A stretch of 10,237 bases of DNA from Pseudomonadota bacterium (lineage in GTDB: Bacteria; UBA10199; 2-02-FULL-44-16; JAAZCA01), in the NCBI GenBank assembly GCA_043798915.1, contig JAZDOG010000073.1:1-10237 (forward strand), read 5' to 3'. Each line of letters starts with the position of its first letter. Within the stretch, counting starts at the first letter, position 1. Positions 7,056-10,237 of this stretch are shown here, piece by piece. The notes under the pieces are model-generated. The model searched no databases, was not told the origin of the DNA, and worked only from the letters and a program-made list of their open reading frames with translations. A program made the position numbers and the translations under genes.

Positions 7056-7339
7056 GGACATTTCAAGTCATAAAGAAGCCTCTCGTCACGGAGAAGGGCA
7101 CGATCGCGCAGCAGTCGGCCAACCAGTATTGTTTCGCGGTCGATCCGCGCTCGACCAAACAGGATGTATCCAATGCCGTGGAGAACATATTCAAGGTCAA
7201 GGTCCAGGGCGTGCGCACCATGAACGTGGGCGGGAAGATGAAGCGCGTTGGAAAGAGCGCTGGCAGAACGTCGGCGTGGAAGAAGGCAATCGTCACTCTG
7301 AAGGAAGGCGATCGCATCGAGTTCCTGGAAGGGGCATAG
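7052..7339 (+). CDS. rplW: 50S ribosomal protein L23 (uL23)
   Basis: PLVTEK, FKVKV and WKKAIVTL motifs; ATGA overlap with rplD; SD AGGAGGTG at 7036-7043. Confidence 0.98.
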   Translation: MRTFQVIKKPLVTEKGTIAQQSANQYCFAVDPRSTKQDVSNAVENIFKVKVQGVRTMNVGGKMKRVGKSAGRTSAWKKAIVTLKEGDRIEFLEGA

Positions 7340-7342
7340 GAC

Positions 7343-8167
7343 ATGGCTATAAAAACATACCAACCGATCACCCCGGGCCGGCGCGGAATGAACGGCTACG
7401 ATTTTTCTGATATAACGCGCGGCGAGCCGCTCAAGTGTCTCACCGAGAAGCTCAAGAAGACCGGCGGGAGAAACAACAATGGGCGCATAACGCTCAGGCA
7501 TCGCGGCGGCGGGGCGAAGTCTAAATACCGCATAATCGATTTCCGCAGGGACAAGCGGGGGATACCGGCGATAGTTGCCGCCATCGAGTACGATCCGAAC
7601 CGCTCGGCCAGGATCGCGCTGCTCAATTATGCAGACGGCGAGAGGCGCTATATACTCTCTCCCGTGGGGCTCGCCAAGGGACAGAAGATCATGGCGGCCC
7701 CTGACGCTGAGATCGCGCCGGGCAACGCGCTTCCGCTGCAGAACATACCGCTCGGCACGGAGATCCACAACATCGAGATCATCCCCGGCGCCGGCGGCAA
7801 GGTCGTGCGCTCCGCTGGCACTTCGGCGCAGCTCATGGCCCGCGAGGGCAGCTATGCGCAGGTGAAGCTCCCCTCGGGCGAAGTTCGCATGTTCCACATC
7901 GGCTGCTGGGCGACGATAGGCCAGGTGGGCAACATAGAGCATGAGAACGTCGAGATTGGCAAAGCGGGAAGGGTCCGGCACATGGGCGTCAAGCCGCATG
8001 TCCGCGGCACCGCCATGAACCCGGTCGATCACCCGCACGGCGGCGGCGAAGGACGCACGAAGGGCGGCCGCAACCCGGTTTCACCGTGGGGATGGTGCAC
8101 GAAGGGTATGAAGACGAGGGACAACCGCAGGACGCAGCGGTTTATCGTGAAGGACAGGAGAATCTAA
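7343..8167 (+). CDS. rplB: 50S ribosomal protein L2 (uL2)
   Basis: [22 protein letters not shown] and [13 protein letters not shown] motifs. Confidence 0.99.
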   Translation: MAIKTYQPITPGRRGMNGYDFSDITRGEPLKCLTEKLKKTGGRNNNGRITLRHRGGGAKSKYRIIDFRRDKRGIPAIVAAIEYDPNRSARIALLNYADGERRYILSPVGLAKGQKIMAAPDAEIAPGNALPLQNIPLGTEIHNIEIIPGAGGKVVRSAGTSAQLMAREGSYAQVKLPSGEVRMFHIGCWATIGQVGNIEHENVEIGKAGRVRHMGVKPHVRGTAMNPVDHPHGGGEGRTKGGRNPVSPWGWCTKGMKTRDNRRTQRFIVKDRRI

Positions 8168-8520
8168 TGGCGCGATCATTAAAAAAAGGCCCGTTCATTG
8201 ACGATCATCTGCTCCGCAAGGTTCAGGCGGCCCAGCAGACCGGAAACAGACAGCTCTTGAGGACCTGGTCGCGCCGGTCTACGGTGATCCCGGATATGGT
8301 GGGACTCACGATTGCCGTGCACAACGGCCGCAAGTTCATACCGGTGTTTGTCACCGAGAACATGGTGGGCCATAAGCTGGGCGAGTTCGCGCCGACGAGG
8401 ACATTCCGCGGACATTCGGGCGACCGCAAGACCACCGTCACGGCTGCGGCGCCTGGGGCAACAACGGCTGGGGCAACAGCGACCGCTGCACCGGCAGCAG
8501 CGCCGGCAGGAGGTAAGTGA
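8167..8520 (+). CDS. rpsS: 30S ribosomal protein S19 (uS19) with low-complexity C-terminal extension
   Basis: [21 protein letters not shown] and [15 protein letters not shown] motifs. True start is ATG 8167 (TAATG overlap with rplB, SD AGGAG 8156-8160), not 8086; 117 aa. Confidence 0.98.
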   Translation: MARSLKKGPFIDDHLLRKVQAAQQTGNRQLLRTWSRRSTVIPDMVGLTIAVHNGRKFIPVFVTENMVGHKLGEFAPTRTFRGHSGDRKTTVTAAAPGATTAGATATAAPAAAPAGGK

Positions 8521-8852
8521 TGGCATCCAGCGCTCGTTTGAAGATGGTGAGGATGACCCCGCGCAAGATGCGTGTGGTTGCGAATCAGATACGCGGCAAA
8601 CGGGCCCAGGAGGCTATAGATTTTCTGACCTTCTGCAGGAGGAGCGCCGCGAGGCCGCTTCTCAAGCTCATCAAGTCCGCGGTGGCCAATGCCGATCAGA
8701 AGGGCGGCATGGATATAGACAACCTGTACGTGAAGGAGCTTCTGGTCGACGGAGGCCCCACGATGAAGCGCTGGATGCCGCGCGCGAAGGGCTCGGCCAC
8801 GCCGATATTGAAAAGATCGAGCAAGGTGAGTGTGATCCTGGACGAGAAATAG
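8520..8852 (+). CDS. rplV: 50S ribosomal protein L22 (uL22)
   Basis: [31 protein letters not shown] motifs; ATG 8520 (TGATG overlap) with SD AGGAGGT at 8508-8514. Confidence 0.98.
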   Translation: MASSARLKMVRMTPRKMRVVANQIRGKRAQEAIDFLTFCRRSAARPLLKLIKSAVANADQKGGMDIDNLYVKELLVDGGPTMKRWMPRAKGSATPILKRSSKVSVILDEK

Positions 8853-8862
8853 AGGAGAGGAC

Positions 8863-9522
8863 ATGGGACAGAAGACACATCCGATTGGATTCAGACTTGG
8901 CGTGACGAAGACCTGGGATTCGCACTGGTATGCGCCGAAGGGCGCGTATCAGAAGCAGGTGCATCAGGATCTCTTCATCAGAGGCGAGATCAAGAAGAAG
9001 CTCGCCCACACCGGCGTCTCGAGGATCGAAATCGACAGGGCGGCCGGCAAGATCATCGTCAACATCTTCACCTCCCGGCCCGGGCTCGTAATCGGGAAGA
9101 AGGGCGCCGGGATAGATTCGCTGAGGCTCGACGTCCAGGAGCGCGTCACAGATGAGGTGACGCTCAACATACGCGAGGTTCGCAAGGCGGAGATAGATGC
9201 CCAGCTGGTCGCGGAGAACGTCGCGAGCCAGCTCGAGCGGCGCGTGGCGTTCCGGCGCGCGATGAAGAAGGCGGTTCAGTCGGCCCTGAAGCTGGGCGCC
9301 GAGGGGATCAAGATCCAGTGCGCTGGGCGGCTGGGCGGGGCGGAACTCGCGCGCTGCGAGTGGTACCGCGAAGGGCGCGTACCGCTGCAGACGCTTCGCG
9401 CTGATATCGATTACGGCTTCGCCGAGGCGAGGACCACATACGGCACGATCGGCGTCAAGACGTGGGTGTACAAGGGCGAAATACTTGGAGGAGAGGGACC
9501 ACAGCATGTTACAGCCAGTTAA
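8863..9522 (+). CDS. rpsC: 30S ribosomal protein S3 (uS3)
   Basis: [33 protein letters not shown] and [15 protein letters not shown] motifs. Confidence 0.99.
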   Translation: MGQKTHPIGFRLGVTKTWDSHWYAPKGAYQKQVHQDLFIRGEIKKKLAHTGVSRIEIDRAAGKIIVNIFTSRPGLVIGKKGAGIDSLRLDVQERVTDEVTLNIREVRKAEIDAQLVAENVASQLERRVAFRRAMKKAVQSALKLGAEGIKIQCAGRLGGAELARCEWYREGRVPLQTLRADIDYGFAEARTTYGTIGVKTWVYKGEILGGEGPQHVTAS

Positions 9523-9931
9523 GACAAAATGGAGAAAGCACCAGAAGGGCCGGATCCGAGGCGTCGCGAGGCGCGGCTGCAACCTCTCCTTCGGCGACTG
9601 GGGCCTTCAGGCCCTGACGCACGGGCGAGTCACCGCGAGGCAGATCGAGGCCGCGCGCATGGCGATGAGCAGGGCGGCCAAGCGCGGCGGCAAGATATGG
9701 GTCAGGATCTTTCCGGACAAGCCCATCACGAGGAAGCCGCTTGAGACCCGCATGGGAAAAGGAAAGGGTACGCCGGAGGAATGGGTTGTGCCGGTGAAGC
9801 GCGGCCGCATGCTTTGCGAGATGAAGGGTGTCGACAGGGCCATCGCGATCGAGTCCTTGAGGCTCGCGAGTTACAAGCTGCCGGTCAGAACGAAGATCGT
9901 CGAGCGGGAGGTCTATCGTGAAGCCAGATGA
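9506..9931 (+). CDS. rplP: 50S ribosomal protein L16 (uL16)
   Basis: [25 protein letters not shown] and RMGKGKG motifs. Start reassigned to ATG 9506, which overlaps rpsC by 17 nt. Confidence 0.98.
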   Translation: MLQPVKTKWRKHQKGRIRGVARRGCNLSFGDWGLQALTHGRVTARQIEAARMAMSRAAKRGGKIWVRIFPDKPITRKPLETRMGKGKGTPEEWVVPVKRGRMLCEMKGVDRAIAIESLRLASYKLPVRTKIVEREVYREAR

Positions 9932-10133
9932 GGTGAGGGAAAAATCGGATGTCGAGCTCGCAAAGCTCTCCCTTGATCTTGAAGAGGAAGTCTTCAGGCT
10001 CCGCTTTCGCAACGGGGCTGGACAGTTGAAGCAGAACTCCGGCATCCGCAAGGCGAGGAGGGATCTCGCGCGGGTGAAGACCACGCTGCGCGAGCGCAAG
10101 CTTAAGGAAGAAAGGAAGGTATCGAGCCGATGA
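9918..10133 (+). CDS. rpmC: 50S ribosomal protein L29 (uL29)
   Basis: FRLRF...GQL...[13 protein letters not shown] motif, canonical position, GTG start with SD GGAGGT at 9907-9912. Confidence 0.96.
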   Translation: MKPDEVREKSDVELAKLSLDLEEEVFRLRFRNGAGQLKQNSGIRKARRDLARVKTTLRERKLKEERKVSSR

Positions 10134-10237
10134 ATCCCGAGATCAAGAGAAAGACCAAGGTTGGTGTGGTCGTGAGCGACGCGATGGAGAAGAGCGTGAC
10201 CGTCGAGGTCTCCCGCACCGTGCTTGAGCCGACATAC
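10130..10237 (+). CDS. rpsQ: 30S ribosomal protein S17 (uS17), 5' partial
   Basis: Manual translation [36 protein letters not shown] matches the RKxxxGxVVSDxMxKxxxV motif; ATGA overlap with rpmC; open at the window edge. Confidence 0.95.
   Translation, partial: MNPEIKRKTKVGVVVSDAMEKSVTVEVSRTVLEPTY

Overview
GC-rich bacterial window; the ribosomal proteins look deltaproteobacterial-like, but that placement is only an inference. About 90% of it (1073-10237) is a conventional, tightly coupled str + S10 ribosomal superoperon: rpsL-rpsG-fusA-tuf-rpsJ-rplC-rplD-rplW-rplB-rpsS-rplV-rpsC-rplP-rpmC-rpsQ (partial). It is preceded by a good sigma70-type promoter (TTGACT-17-TAGGTT). The unusual material is in the first ~1.1 kb. 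First, the 5' end of an IS1634-like transposase (minus strand, 1-69, absent from the ORF track) whose inferred terminus lies only ~7 bp upstream of the next start codon. Second, a YacP/Rae1-like NYN ribonuclease gene (239-706). Third, a 126-bp TA-bounded element with 33-bp inverted arms enclosing two GC-rich hairpins with alternative pairing (MITE or structured RNA). Fourth, an AT-rich block with a perfect IHF consensus and a structured rpsL leader. Smaller oddities: an Ala/Thr/Pro tail on uS19, a tail on uL3, a codon-usage patch inside tuf and a possible internal promoter before fusA. No tRNA, rRNA or CRISPR array was seen, and nothing here proves a new system.
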